Of a stretch of DNA of 64,000 bases, positions 1 to 11,599 are shown in pieces. Within the stretch, counting starts at the first letter, position 1. Each line of letters begins with the position of its first letter. The DNA comes from Marsupella aquatica. Lineage: Eukaryota > Plantae > Marchantiophyta. Both the position numbers and the translations under genes were made by a program. Where the stretch lies: the NCBI GenBank assembly GCA_973895155.1, contig OZ316892.1, positions 2,359,223 through 2,423,222 on the forward strand, written 5' to 3'. The notes below the pieces were generated by a model. The model saw nothing but the letters and a program-made list of their open reading frames with translations, was not told the origin of the DNA and did no database searches.

Positions 1-96
1 GGTTGCATATGTGTGTGGACGAGTTCTAAACTGCAATCACTGACTTGTTGAATTGCTGTATATACTGACTGTTTGAGATGGTTTTCATAAATGCAG

Positions 97-3000
97 GTTC
101 TTCAAGCAGCTTTTCATATTCTTCTGGTTTCACCAGCTGGCGGCATCACTCTTCCGTATAATTGCTGGAATCGCTCGTAGCATGGTGTTGTCCAACACAG
201 GAGGCACATTTGCTCTACTTGGCGTCTTCGCTCTTGGTGGCTTTCTCATCGAGAGGCCGGCCATCAAGGGATGGTGGATTTGGGGCTATTGGGTTTCGCC
301 TCTCACGTATGCCCAGAATGGTGCTATGGTGAATGAGTTTCTCGCACCGCAATGGAATATTCATGTAAGTAGCCTGTAGGCACTGAATCATCTGGTTCTG
401 AAGTGACTGTTGCTGTCAAGTAATCCTGAGGCTTTTTGTTACATTCCTACTATTTAAATATCTGGAGGAAATGTGACAGCGAAAATGCAATATTACTTGC
501 ACTTAAATTTGTATCAGTCATACTTATGATTTCTTGGGTGCTTTCTTTGGATGGTTTCTTGGATGCAGACACCTGGCTCGACCGAACCGTTGGGGTACCA
601 ATATTTGAAGAACATAGGTGTCTTCGCGCATGCTTACTGGTACTGGATTGGAGTCGGAGCTCTGATTGCATACGTTTTTCTCTTCAACTTCCTCTTCACG
701 CTAACTCTCACATACCTCAACCGTATGTGTCTCATGCCTTTCACCTGCGTTCAACAGTTATGCACCGATATATTTTCCATTGAAATGTCGCTGTCGTGCT
801 TCCATTTGAGTGGACTCATGAATGATGCCAGCAGTAGGGATCAAGCCCAAGGTGTATGGCAATCCGTCTATACAATGACATGCCTTGTTATGTTGTGCTT
901 CAAAATTCTTGCATTGATTTCTGTTCCTGTTGTGCTTGAATTTTCCAGCTCTCGGGAGAGTTCAAGCCGTTATGTCTGAGGAGCAAAGAGCTGAAGCACA
1001 TGCCAATCTCACCGGCGAAGTAGTTGAAGCTACTATTCCATCCAGGAGAAGTAGTATTACCGCCACCATGCCTCGATCTCTGTCCCAGAATGGTTAGTAG
1101 ATTTCCACTCACAATTCACTTCGCAGTGAAGACGAGCTTGAGATTCCCTCAATCCTTTGTATCATATCGTGAAACACTTGGGTTCATTCTCAGTACACTA
1201 CTACAGTATTGCGGTGATTTTATAATCTGTGTTGAATGTCTTGTTGGAGGTTAAGGCAGAGCCCTAAGGCTCGAATTTAGACTTTGAAATCGATTTTTTG
1301 TTGTTTACCTCCAATGTGGACGATACTTGTATACGAATGTTACCCTTGGTGGAAAGAACAGGTGAACTATAGGCTAATGACGGACTCTTACGTGCTTGCT
1401 GAGTGCCTCACAATTGTGGCAGTGTATGCTTGAAGTACTGGTATGGTGCGGAAGCAGTTCAATGACACCTAATCATGAATTGCCCCTCCAATTTGCAGAG
1501 TCTGTGGCACGAAAGAGTGGTTTTTCCTTTGCAAGGAAGAGTGATGTTCAGATGGCCAGAAAGAGTACTACTGCTCCTGCCGATGATAATGACAATGACT
1601 CTGAAATTCATGATGTGAGGGCTAGAGCTAGCAATACTCTCTCAATAGCCTCCAGGAACTCAATGAATACGGAAGATGCAAACGGTGTGGCTGCTAAGCG
1701 AGGCATGATATTACCCTTCCAGCCATTGTCCATCAGCTTTGACGATGTCCACTACTACGTTGATATGCCAGCAGTAAGTCTTTCTCTCTTTTCTCATCTG
1801 TTCACTTTCAATAGACAAGACAACGGATGCTTGCCGTATCTTGATCTTGATTCGAGCTCGTCTATTCTAAGAATATTGGGAACTTTTGGGCGTACAGCAA
1901 ATGAAGGCACAGGGCGCTACGGAAGATAGGCTGCACTTGCTGAGAGGAATCACAGGAGCTTTCAGGCCGGGACTTCTCACGGCTTTGGTCGGTGTGAGTG
2001 GAGCTGGGTAAGCGTTGGTACAACTGATTCTCATCTTGTTTCGTGACTGAACAGAAAGTCATAGGATGACTACAATGGCCACAGCGGACGCGAACATTTC
2101 TTTCATAGAATGAACAATTGAATTCGTCATACCCAAAGCAAAGTGACTATAACGAGAGGGTCAATCAACAATACCCATGAGGTCAAAACATGCGGTGTCG
2201 AAAATCTTAGCCTTCAGAGGACTGACGCCCATTACCTCCAATATGGTCTTGCAGGAAGACAACCCTTATGGACGTTTTGGCAGGGAGGAAAACTGGAGGT
2301 TACATTGAGGGTGACATTCGAATTGCCGGTTTCCCCAAAGTTCAGGAGACCTTTGCCAGGATTTCAGGGTATTGTGAGCAGACCGACATTCACTCCCCAC
2401 AAGTCACAGTTCACGAATCCCTCACCTACAGCGCTTGGCTCCGTCTGGATGGATCGATTGATAATAACACTAAAATGGTATGTTCCATCCACTTTCACCA
2501 TTACATATGATGTTTCCAACATCCTTTTGTGTACGACCGGCCATCACTGGGAGGTGGGAAATCTGGACTACTTCTAACTAAAGCTAACATGAAAGTCCAT
2601 CATGGGTTGAAGCATTGATTCAAAATGACGGCGGGATTTACGTGGACGATCCTGATTCATTTTCAATTGTGTGTCGATATTTCAGCAATTCGTGATTGAG
2701 GTGATGGATTTGGTGGAGTTGACACCTCTCAAGGACGCACTGGTTGGGCTGCCCGGAGTTACTGGTCTCTCTACAGAACAAAGAAAACGTCTCACCGTTG
2801 CAGTAGAACTTGTGGCGAACCCATCCATTATTTTCATGGACGAGCCCACTTCTGGTCTCGACGCTCGTGCTGCTGCCATTGTGATGAGAACTGTAAGAAA
2901 CACTGTAGACACTGGGCGAACTGTGGTGTGCACCATTCATCAACCAAGCATCGACATTTTTGAAGCCTTCGACGAGTTGCTCCTCATGAAGCGCGGTGGG

Positions 3001-4996
3001 CAAGTAATCTACGCTGGTCCCCTTGGAAGACATTCCCATAGACTCGTTGAGTACTTTGAGGCTCTCCCTGGTGTCCCTAAAATCAAAGAAGGTTACAATC
3101 CAGCCACTTGGATGCTGGAAGTTTCTTCGTCAGCAGTAGAAAATCGTGTTGGTGTGGATTTCGCTGACATCTATAGCAAGTCCTCACTCTTCACGAGGAA
3201 CAAGGGATTGGTCGACAGTCTCAAAACGCCTCCTGAGGGTGCGAAGGACTTGTGGTTCCCAAGCCAATACTCTCAGCCTTTCTACAAGCAAATGACTTCT
3301 TGCTTGTGGAAGCAGCAGCTGACTTACTGGCGTAGCCCTGATTACAACAATGTGCGGTTCATCTTTTCCTTGCTGGCGGCTCTGCTTTTCGGGACGCTCT
3401 TCTGGCAAATTGGCAAGAAAAGGTTGGTTCCTTTATCATCGTCTTCTGATATCCGCAAAGCAATACACTCTGAAACCATATCTACCCACACCTCATTTGT
3501 CATAATCGGAGCCTGAGCCACTAGCAGCAAAACTTGATACTGGATATACCTTGTTCACTTAGTTGAGTTGCTACCAGAACAACAAAAAGCTAATGAGCAT
3601 CTCTCATCTCAAAATTTTCCTAGGTCTATTTGTTCGTGAGCGCTCTTGGAAAGTTGAGCTGAACCTGATGTACAGTACCCAGGCAGATGATAGAATTTGG
3701 TGCTACAATTCGGACCAGCTAGCTTTACTGATCGTCAATGTACTCGTGGGTGCTTGGACAGGGGTACTCAATCCAGTATAGCAGCAACTGGAGGAGGCTT
3801 AGTGGCCGCAGTGATTTTCACTGGTATCAACAATGCGGCGACCGTCCAGCCCGTCGTAGCAACAGAACGGACTGTATTCTATAGAGAACGAGCTGCTGGG
3901 ATGTATTCTGCTGCTCCATACGCCATTGCTCAGGTACTGGAACATCATTGCTGTAGCGTTGGGATCAGTCTGAAGCTTCGGGACTACAAGGTCCCAATCC
4001 TGCAGGGCATTCTGAATTAATTTGTGAACTGAAGCGTTGAGGGCCATTAATTTTTAATCAGATCATGCTTCCTGACATGCTATTCTCTGCCTTGAGATTT
4101 GGCAAGAAGGTATATCAATGTCCTATAGAATGGTACCAATAGGGCCCTGGCGGGACTCCCCTCACAACTCGGAGTTCAATTAGCTAGAGCTAGCGATGTC
4201 AGTCATGTAGGAGAGAGGCTCGAACCATGGCTTTTAACATATTCACTTTGGCAACTCAGGTGTTGATCGAATTTCCGTATCTCTTGATCATGGCCATCAT
4301 GTTTGCGTCGATCACGTATCCTATGATGGGCTTGCAATGGACTGCTGCCAAATTTTTCTGGTACTTATACTTTCTGTTCTTCTCCTACGCCTACTTCACC
4401 TTCTACGGTATGATGGCCGTGGGTCTTACCCCGAATCACCAAATTGCAGCCGTTGTGGCCTCCTTCTTCTACCAAATTTGGAATCTCTTCTCCGGCTACT
4501 TGATCCCACGCAAGGTGAGAACATCTAAGTATCCGTATATGATCTCAAGGTTCCAGAAACTCACCAACTCCATATCTCTGTCGTTACTATTGCTTGTGTC
4601 TGGATTCCGGAATGTCCGCGTGCGACACCGGGATACAGTGTTCTTTAGCAGCAGGTAGTTTCTAAATCTGAACCCGTGATGAAATTGTCGATCCTAATTT
4701 GGAGTCCTTCTTGTGTGCAGATAGCACCGCCCTGGGTAAGATGGTACTACTGGATCTCCCCCACCGCCTGGACTTTGTATGGTCTGTTCGTCACTCAGTT
4801 CGGAGACGTCCATACCCCACTGAAATTCACGGACCCGACACATGCACCACAAACAGTATCACAGTATATTTCAGATTTTTATGGCTTTGAGACGCATCTT
4901 CTCCCGCTTGCGGCCATTATGTCTTTGGTGTTCACCTTCCTCTTTGCTTTCGTTTTCATGCTATCCATTAAGTTCCTCAACTTCCAGACGAGGTAA
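97..4996 (+). CDS. ABCG: Full-size ABCG (PDR-type) ABC transporter, 3' part (end of TMD1, NBD2, TMD2); multi-exon, 5' end lies upstream of the window
   Basis: Spliced exons encode [16 protein letters not shown], the PDR motif [23 protein letters not shown], Walker [22 protein letters not shown], signature [54 protein letters not shown] and the C-terminus KFLNFQTR* (TAA ends at 4996). Introns are GT-AG. Confidence 0.96.
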
Positions 4997-5630
4997 AGGG
5001 TAGACGGCTACAGGTAGTTAGCAATCCAACTTAGTGCTGGTGTTTTAGCTAAGTTGAGTATTGCCTGCGTTGTAATTTTATGCCTAAGACTGGCATTGTA
5101 AAATATTGATCATCATGTAGATATAGTTGGACTTTCCTCGTGTCAGATCCACTGAGAGGATTTGACGTGCCAGCTCGAGATAGATTTGTAACAGTACGTT
5201 AAAGCAGAGGTGCCTGGGCAAAACCGATACTATTTGCTCTAGTCTCTTATTGGTGAAGAGTAGGATTTGGAACCTCCCAAACTGAGTTGCGTTTGTTTCG
5301 CTGAACTCTGCTCGATGCAACCCAAACACCATACAGGAACGATTGTTGAAAGAGTAGTGATTGTGGGGCTAGCAGCCGATTTGGCACTGCTGGTATGCAT
5401 CCCGAAGTGGGGGTCGGATTTGTAATCTTGTGAAGCTCAACAAATGCTGAAATGCTGACATGTAAAATAAATCCCGTTCATGTTCAAATTAAGATGAAAC
5501 TGTTGCAGCCTATGCATACATTCACTTCTATTGTGGGAATTTCAACACAAATTTGATAAGAGTAAGGTCCTTGTCCAGGAATCGTGTATCTTTCGGTGAG
5601 CAAGATAAAATTCGAGCCATGCAGTGTAGT

Positions 5631-5712
5631 TTGTCTTTGACTTTGGACTGTTAGACCTGTAGTAAATCATGTTGTCTTTGACTTTGGACTGTTAGACCTG
5701 TAGTAAATCATG
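5631..5712. repeat. Perfect 41-bp tandem duplication
   Basis: TTGTCTTTGACTTTGGACTGTTAGACCTGTAGTAAATCATG occurs twice in tandem. Confidence 0.9.
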
Positions 5713-6103
5713 GGTTGAAGATAAAGAAAAGCTCCAGTTGGCAGTTCACAGTTAACACTCTCAAAACACAGGATGAAGACCAGTAGCCCACAAATGCTTA
5801 TCCCGATCTATTGAAATGATGAGATACGGCAGGAGAGCAAAGTAACTTGGATAACGCTTGCACTTCAGTGCTGAATCGACAAAAAACAAAATCAACCGTG
5901 GGCAGAAAACAACCAAAAACCTTGCTCTCATAGCCCAGAGCAAACACAATGAATGTAAAGTGCTTTATTAATGTCTTGGAACTCGAACGAAACAGAACGC
6001 TCAAATTTGTTTTGGTCGAGTTGTGAACGTATATATGAATACCCTTTGTCGATGCAGCTTCAATCGAAAAGAGTTTCATTTGCGCGCACAGTCATTTGGG
6101 TCC

Positions 6104-6485
6104 TGTGAAGTGTTTCCCTTGTGAAGTGTTTCCCTTCTGTGTTCTGGTCTCGACGTCTTCCCACTTTCACTTCCGTTCTTATCGTAGGGCTTGTTTTTAG
6201 CTCTTTACTCCTTACTGTAAAGTGGCGCGGGTGTAAGGCAGTCTGTTGCCCAACACGTGTTTGAGCTTCCTATGGCGCGCCCGGCTCTTTTCAAACTCGT
6301 TTGAAGGGCAGGAGTGCCTGCACTTAAGCAGTATCCGCGACTGACTCTGGATAGAGCATTCAGTCTTTTACAATGAATCAATCAATGGATGTGAGCGCAA
6401 TGTTTGCACTCTTCCACAGATACTGCGTATGATTTATGAATGTGTCAAAGTGTCTTATGTTTTGCTCTCCAAGCTACAGATCACA
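6104..6485 (+). repeat. 5' LTR of the young copia
   Basis: Starts TGTGAAG (the first 16 bp are tandemly duplicated) and ends GATCACA; near-identical to 10858-11239. Confidence 0.97.
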
Positions 6486-6602
6486 GGTTATGGGCCAGTA
6501 TTAAATCAATCGATCGATCGATCGATAGTCTGTTATAGTCTTCTGTGAACAAACGCACACACTTTTGTCTACTTCGTGTTCTGCTCTATCACAATTACAG
6601 TC

Positions 6603-9600
6603 ATGACATTTCGTGACTCCACTCACTTGTTACCAAAATTAGATGGCGGTCCCAATTACGAGCAGTGGCAGCTACTTGTCTCAGCTAGTCTGGCATCATC
6701 AGGCGGCTGGAAGTTCATTGATGGAACAGCGGTGTCACCTGTTCAAGAGATTGACGAAAAGAACTATCAGTTTCAGGCTCGTCTTGAGACTTACAATGCT
6801 CAAGCCGCTCACGCTCGGATGATCATCCTTTCTACTTGCAAGACACACATTCAGGCGACCCTCGCGTTGGTGCCTACAGCAAAAGAATGTTGGGATAAAT
6901 TGAAGAAGATCTACAAGCCTCAGGGGCTTATCCAGAAGCACAATACGTGGGTTGCTTACGTCAAATTGCAGTATCGGGGGGAGGACATGGAAACATTTAC
7001 TACTCAATACCGGGATGCTCTTGATCGATGTGCGGCTGCAGGCATTGTCATTGATACTGTTGTTCAAACCATGCAGTTTCTTCATAGTCTGGACAAGCAT
7101 TTCAATCATTGGACAACCAATGTACGTGAGCACATCCGACGCAACCCGAAGGATTCTCCTTCCCTTGATCTTCTTCTTCAAGAAGCACGGGATGAATATC
7201 ATAATGATCCTGATCAGGCACCATTGCAGCCGGCTTTACAGCTGAACGTCAATACTAGTACCTCACGTCCAACTTCGTCCACGCTGCCTAAGGAACTCTG
7301 TCCTTACTGTCGACTTCCTCGCCACAAGGAGGACACCTGTTACTATAAGTACGAGCATCTTCGACGACCAGGATGGCAGCCCAACACAATTACAATGCAA
7401 CGCATTCAACAACGCCTCAAGGGGACAAATAATGTTCAGGCTACTCTTCCAACCGTCCTCTGCCCTGATTCTCCTCCACTTGATATTTTTAATTTTGTGC
7501 AATCTTTACATCACATACATTTTGAGGAGACTCCATTTGCGGATACCGGTACTTGGATTGCTGACTCTGGTGCGAATCATCATTTTTGTAACAACCGGAG
7601 TCTATTCCAGGATTATCAATCTGATCCACTGTCCATCAATACTGGGGCAGGACAAATCATTTCACCAGGGCACGGTAATCTAGATCTTTCTGTGCAATGC
7701 ACTGATAAATCTTACCGACCAATACGACTACATAATGTACGCCACATGCCGAGTAGTGCATTAAATACTATCTCCGAGCATCTTTTAGAACAGAAAGGTG
7801 TATATTGGCATGGCTGGGAGTCTCGTTTCGTTTTCCGAGCAACTGGTCAAGAATTTGCTAGCGCCAAGAAGTTCGATGGCCTTAAGGTTCTTTGCGTCAA
7901 AGTTCCACCCTCGTCCACTCCTGATGATAATCACTTCTTTGCACAGAGTGTTAGTTTTCCTCTCCTTCATAGTCGTTTTGCACATTTGCATTCTGACGGT
8001 GTCAAGAAGGTTGTCCAACAAGCAAACATTACACTCACTGGCTCTAATGTCCTACCGCCGTGTGAAACATGCGCCCTTGCCAAGTCCTCTCGTGTTATCT
8101 CTCATGAATCACACACTCGGGCGACTGCTCCATTTCAGAAAATACACATTGACCTTGTTGGTCCTATCTCCACTCCCGGGCTCAATCACCAACGCTTTTT
8201 TCTGCTTGTCACTGATGATTACTCACGCTCTCGCTGGGTGTATTGTGTTCAGCATAAGAGTCAAGTTTCTTCCCTTGTTCAGAAGTTTTGTATTGCAATA
8301 CAAGCTCACTATTCTGTCAAGGTTGGGGCTATTCATTGCGACAATGGCACTGAGTTTGGCAGCGCAGAGTTACAACAATTCTTGGCAGATCTTGGATGCA
8401 GCATCTCACACTCGGCTCCATATCATCACACTCAAAACGGAATTGCTGAACGGGCAAATGGTGTCATCATTGAGCGGGCCAGGGCTATGTTGTTGGATTC
8501 TCATCTTCCATCTCGTTTATGGCCAGAAGTGGTTCGGACTGCAGTTTACGTGTCAAATCGGCTACCTACGACAGTCAATCCTGACTTAGCATCTCCGCTT
8601 GCTACTCTCAATCGTGCGTTCAAACGGCCGTTTAATTCTAATATCACTCATTTGCGAGTGTTTGGTGCAATTGTTTATATGCACATACCTCCTGAGAGGC
8701 GACTTCGTGGTGATAAATTTTCATCCAGGGCACGACGTGGATTTCTGGTGGGATATGGTGATGGTCTTAACTATCGCATATGGTTTCCCGACACAAATGA
8801 AATTGCAGTATCTGCCTATGTTTCCATTGATGAGACACCCCGTTTAGTTTCTCCATTACAATCGATGACGACGGATCCTGCTTTGATCACTTTTGAGCAA
8901 CCAATCTTTTCGGCTCCAATCGATGCTCCATTAATAGCTCCTCTTTCGGCTCTTGCCATTGATAGTCAGGCACCTCCTATTTTCTCGTCGGCACCTGACA
9001 CTATTCCAAATCAGGTTTCCCCTGATGCGGCTGAGTTTTTTCCGACTATGATACCACCTTTGGGCACAATCTCGCCAGAAGAATTCCATGAAGATGTAAC
9101 CGCAGCAATAGCTGACATGCCGCCTCCTCCTCGTCGGTCGACTCGAAGTAATAGGGGTGTTCCCCCCCCTCGATTTTGTTCTGCCTCTTTGCTCTCGCAT
9201 ATTCCATCAACGCTGCTCTACTCTTATTCGGCTGCGCTCTTCTCCTCTTTTTCGGATGTACCAAAAACTCACAAAGAGGCGATGTCTGGGCCTGATGCTG
9301 CATCTTGGAAAGAAGCGGAGCAGAAGGAACTTCATCAGTTGGCAAAATTAAATGTGGCTCGATTGATTCCGTTACCACCTGGTGCACGCCTACTTCCATC
9401 CAAATGGGTTTACAATCGAAAGAAGACAGGCATCTACAAAGCACGTTTTGTGGCTCGCGGGGATAAGCAACGACCAGGTGAAGACTACGGGGATACTTTT
9501 GCCTCTGTGGTTAGACCTGAGACTTTTCGCACCATTATGGCACTTGTTGCTATTTTCAATCTCGAAGCTCGTAGTTTCGATATTGTTACAGCATTTCTAT

Positions 9601-10835
9601 ATGCTCTGATGGCTGGCCAGCCACCCATTTATATTCGACCACCACCAGGATATGAGACGTATACTGCCGATGGTCAGCTCCTCATCTGGTTACTCCTATC
9701 TGCTTTATACGGTTTACGGCAATCTCCTCGGCTCTGGTACATTGCGATTACTGAGTTTTTGGCTACTCATGGTTTTTTCCCGTTACTCTCAGATCCATGT
9801 GTTCTAAAAAATTCTACGGGGGATCTCATTGTCTTGTGGGTGGATGACATTATTACCATCTCCACGACCGTTGAAGGTGTCAATGCTATGCACTCCATGT
9901 TGTCATCCCGATATGAGATTCGTGCACTTGGAGACTTAACTGAGTATCTTGGGCTGGCAATTTATCGAGATCGGGCTGCAGGAGTTTTATATATTGCACA
10001 AAATCAGTATGCTCAAAAGGTTCTTACTCGTTTTCATATGAATGCTGAGGTTGCTCTCACTGCACCTTCCACTGGAATTGATCAATTACTTCCGAGTGAA
10101 ATCTCTGCCACACCAGATCAGTTACAATTGTATCAAGCTATGATTGGCTCCCTCATGTATCTAGCAGTGTGGACGCGGCCCGATATTGCTGAACGATGTG
10201 CACGCCTTGGCCAATTTGCACATAACCCTGCGCCTGAACATCAGGCTTCTGCTCGACATGTTCTGGCTTACCTCAGCGGCACCATTCATCTGGGTCTCAA
10301 GTATCATTCTGCTCTATACCAGGGTATTGAGATCCATTCTTTAAATTTCCAAGGATATTGTGATGCTTCTTTTGCCGGTGATGTTATTGATCGCAAATCT
10401 ACCTCTGGCTATCTTTTCAAGCTTGCTGGTGGAGCTATCAGCTGGAAGTCACGCAAGCAGCCAATTATCACAACCAGCAGCACTGAGGCTGAATACGTCG
10501 CCTACTCTATTGCATGTAAAGAAGCTATTTGGCTTCGCGCTCTGCTACAACAACTTGATTTCTGTTCTTCTGATGTCTCTACTGTTGTCATCTGGGGAGA
10601 TAATAAGCCAGCAATTGCTTTGACTATTAATCCAGAGCATCATGCTAGGACCAAGCATATCCAGATTCAGTGGCATTATGTGCGTGAGCAAGTTCGTTTA
10701 GGGCATGTGCAGATCAAGTATTTGTCGACTGACAACATGCCTGCTGACGGCTTGACGAAACCACTGGCTGGAATCCGTTTTCAACGATTCATTGAGCTTC
10801 TTGGTCTTGTTTTCTTCCCAGTTTCTACCAATTAG
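6603..10835 (+). CDS. Copia gag-pol polyprotein (Gag, protease, integrase, RT, RNase H)
   Basis: CCHC knuckle CPYCRLPRHKEDTC, protease WIADSGA, HHCC (LHSRFAH...CETC), integrase IHIDL / DNGTEF / QNGIAER, RT YKARFVARG and LWVDD, RNase H YCDASFA / STEAEY / ADGLTK. The order INT before RT defines copia. First ATG at 6603. Confidence 0.97.
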   Translation: MTFRDSTHLLPKLDGGPNYEQWQLLVSASLASSGGWKFIDGTAVSPVQEIDEKNYQFQARLETYNAQAAHARMIILSTCKTHIQATLALVPTAKECWDKLKKIYKPQGLIQKHNTWVAYVKLQYRGEDMETFTTQYRDALDRCAAAGIVIDTVVQTMQFLHSLDKHFNHWTTNVREHIRRNPKDSPSLDLLLQEARDEYHNDPDQAPLQPALQLNVNTSTSRPTSSTLPKELCPYCRLPRHKEDTCYYKYEHLRRPGWQPNTITMQRIQQRLKGTNNVQATLPTVLCPDSPPLDIFNFVQSLHHIHFEETPFADTGTWIADSGANHHFCNNRSLFQDYQSDPLSINTGAGQIISPGHGNLDLSVQCTDKSYRPIRLHNVRHMPSSALNTISEHLLEQKGVYWHGWESRFVFRATGQEFASAKKFDGLKVLCVKVPPSSTPDDNHFFAQSVSFPLLHSRFAHLHSDGVKKVVQQANITLTGSNVLPPCETCALAKSSRVISHESHTRATAPFQKIHIDLVGPISTPGLNHQRFFLLVTDDYSRSRWVYCVQHKSQVSSLVQKFCIAIQAHYSVKVGAIHCDNGTEFGSAELQQFLADLGCSISHSAPYHHTQNGIAERANGVIIERARAMLLDSHLPSRLWPEVVRTAVYVSNRLPTTVNPDLASPLATLNRAFKRPFNSNITHLRVFGAIVYMHIPPERRLRGDKFSSRARRGFLVGYGDGLNYRIWFPDTNEIAVSAYVSIDETPRLVSPLQSMTTDPALITFEQPIFSAPIDAPLIAPLSALAIDSQAPPIFSSAPDTIPNQVSPDAAEFFPTMIPPLGTISPEEFHEDVTAAIADMPPPPRRSTRSNRGVPPPRFCSASLLSHIPSTLLYSYSAALFSSFSDVPKTHKEAMSGPDAASWKEAEQKELHQLAKLNVARLIPLPPGARLLPSKWVYNRKKTGIYKARFVARGDKQRPGEDYGDTFASVVRPETFRTIMALVAIFNLEARSFDIVTAFLYALMAGQPPIYIRPPPGYETYTADGQLLIWLLLSALYGLRQSPRLWYIAITEFLATHGFFPLLSDPCVLKNSTGDLIVLWVDDIITISTTVEGVNAMHSMLSSRYEIRALGDLTEYLGLAIYRDRAAGVLYIAQNQYAQKVLTRFHMNAEVALTAPSTGIDQLLPSEISATPDQLQLYQAMIGSLMYLAVWTRPDIAERCARLGQFAHNPAPEHQASARHVLAYLSGTIHLGLKYHSALYQGIEIHSLNFQGYCDASFAGDVIDRKSTSGYLFKLAGGAISWKSRKQPIITTSSTEAEYVAYSIACKEAIWLRALLQQLDFCSSDVSTVVIWGDNKPAIALTINPEHHARTKHIQIQWHYVREQVRLGHVQIKYLSTDNMPADGLTKPLAGIRFQRFIELLGLVFFPVSTN

Positions 10836-10857
10836 AAGACAGTCGATCCGGGGGGTG

Positions 10858-11239
10858 TGTGAAGTGTTTCCCTTGTGAAGTGTTTCCCTTCTGTGTTCTG
10901 GTCTCGACGTCTTCCCACTTTCACTTCCGTTCTTATCGTAGGGCTTGTTTTTAGCTCTTTACTCCTTACTGTAAAGTGGCGCGGGTGTAAGGCAGTCTGT
11001 TGCCCAACACGTGTTTGAGCTTCCTATGGCGCGCCTGGCTCTTTTCAAACTCGTTTGAAGGGCAGGAGTGCCTGCACTTAAGCAGTATCCGCGACTGACT
11101 CTGGATAGAGCATTCAGTCTTTTACAATGAATCAATCAATGGATGTGAGCGCAATGTTTGCACTCTTCCACAGATACTGCGTATGATTTATGAATGTGTC
11201 AAAGTGTCTTATGTTTTGCTCTCCAAGCTACAGATCACA
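10858..11239 (+). repeat. 3' LTR of the young copia
   Basis: Copy of 6104-6485, followed by the TSD GGTCC. Confidence 0.97.
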
Positions 11240-11599
11240 GGTCCGTTCGTCCATGGCAGGGGTAGAGTGCATATCATAAAGCTAGAGCATGCGTAATTGT
11301 TGCTCATGACCTAAGTCGACAAAGACCTCTAGAGAATGTTGACGCAGAGGATAAGCAGATGTGATTTATTCTACATCTATTCGGTGACTTTCTCATGGTA
11401 GAGCGCTGACGGGGAGAGAAACTTGCCCGTCCCACACTACACCAATGGCACTTAGATTTTGGTTCCATTCGAGGTGCCCCTCTATAGGCCTAGCAGAAGC
11501 GCTTGAAGCACAAAGTCCCTGAATCCAATTTGCTATTGAGCAGGCTCTCTAGCAGTCGATCGACAACCGGAATGCGACATCGTCAGGAGCTAGCGAATT

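Larger units (their letters stand above)
6104..11239 (+). mobile_element. Intact, very young Ty1/copia LTR retrotransposon
   Basis: Two 382-bp TG...CA LTRs (6104-6485, 10858-11239) with one visible mismatch. 5-bp TSD GGTCC at 6099-6103 and 11240-11244. PBS GGTTATGGGCCAGT at 6486; G-rich PPT at about 10845-10857; one uninterrupted gag-pol ORF. Confidence 0.98.

Noticed and set aside
7798-8589. 263-aa alternative-frame ORF in the copia
   Set aside because: A shadow of the integrase coding region with a non-ATG start and no domain.
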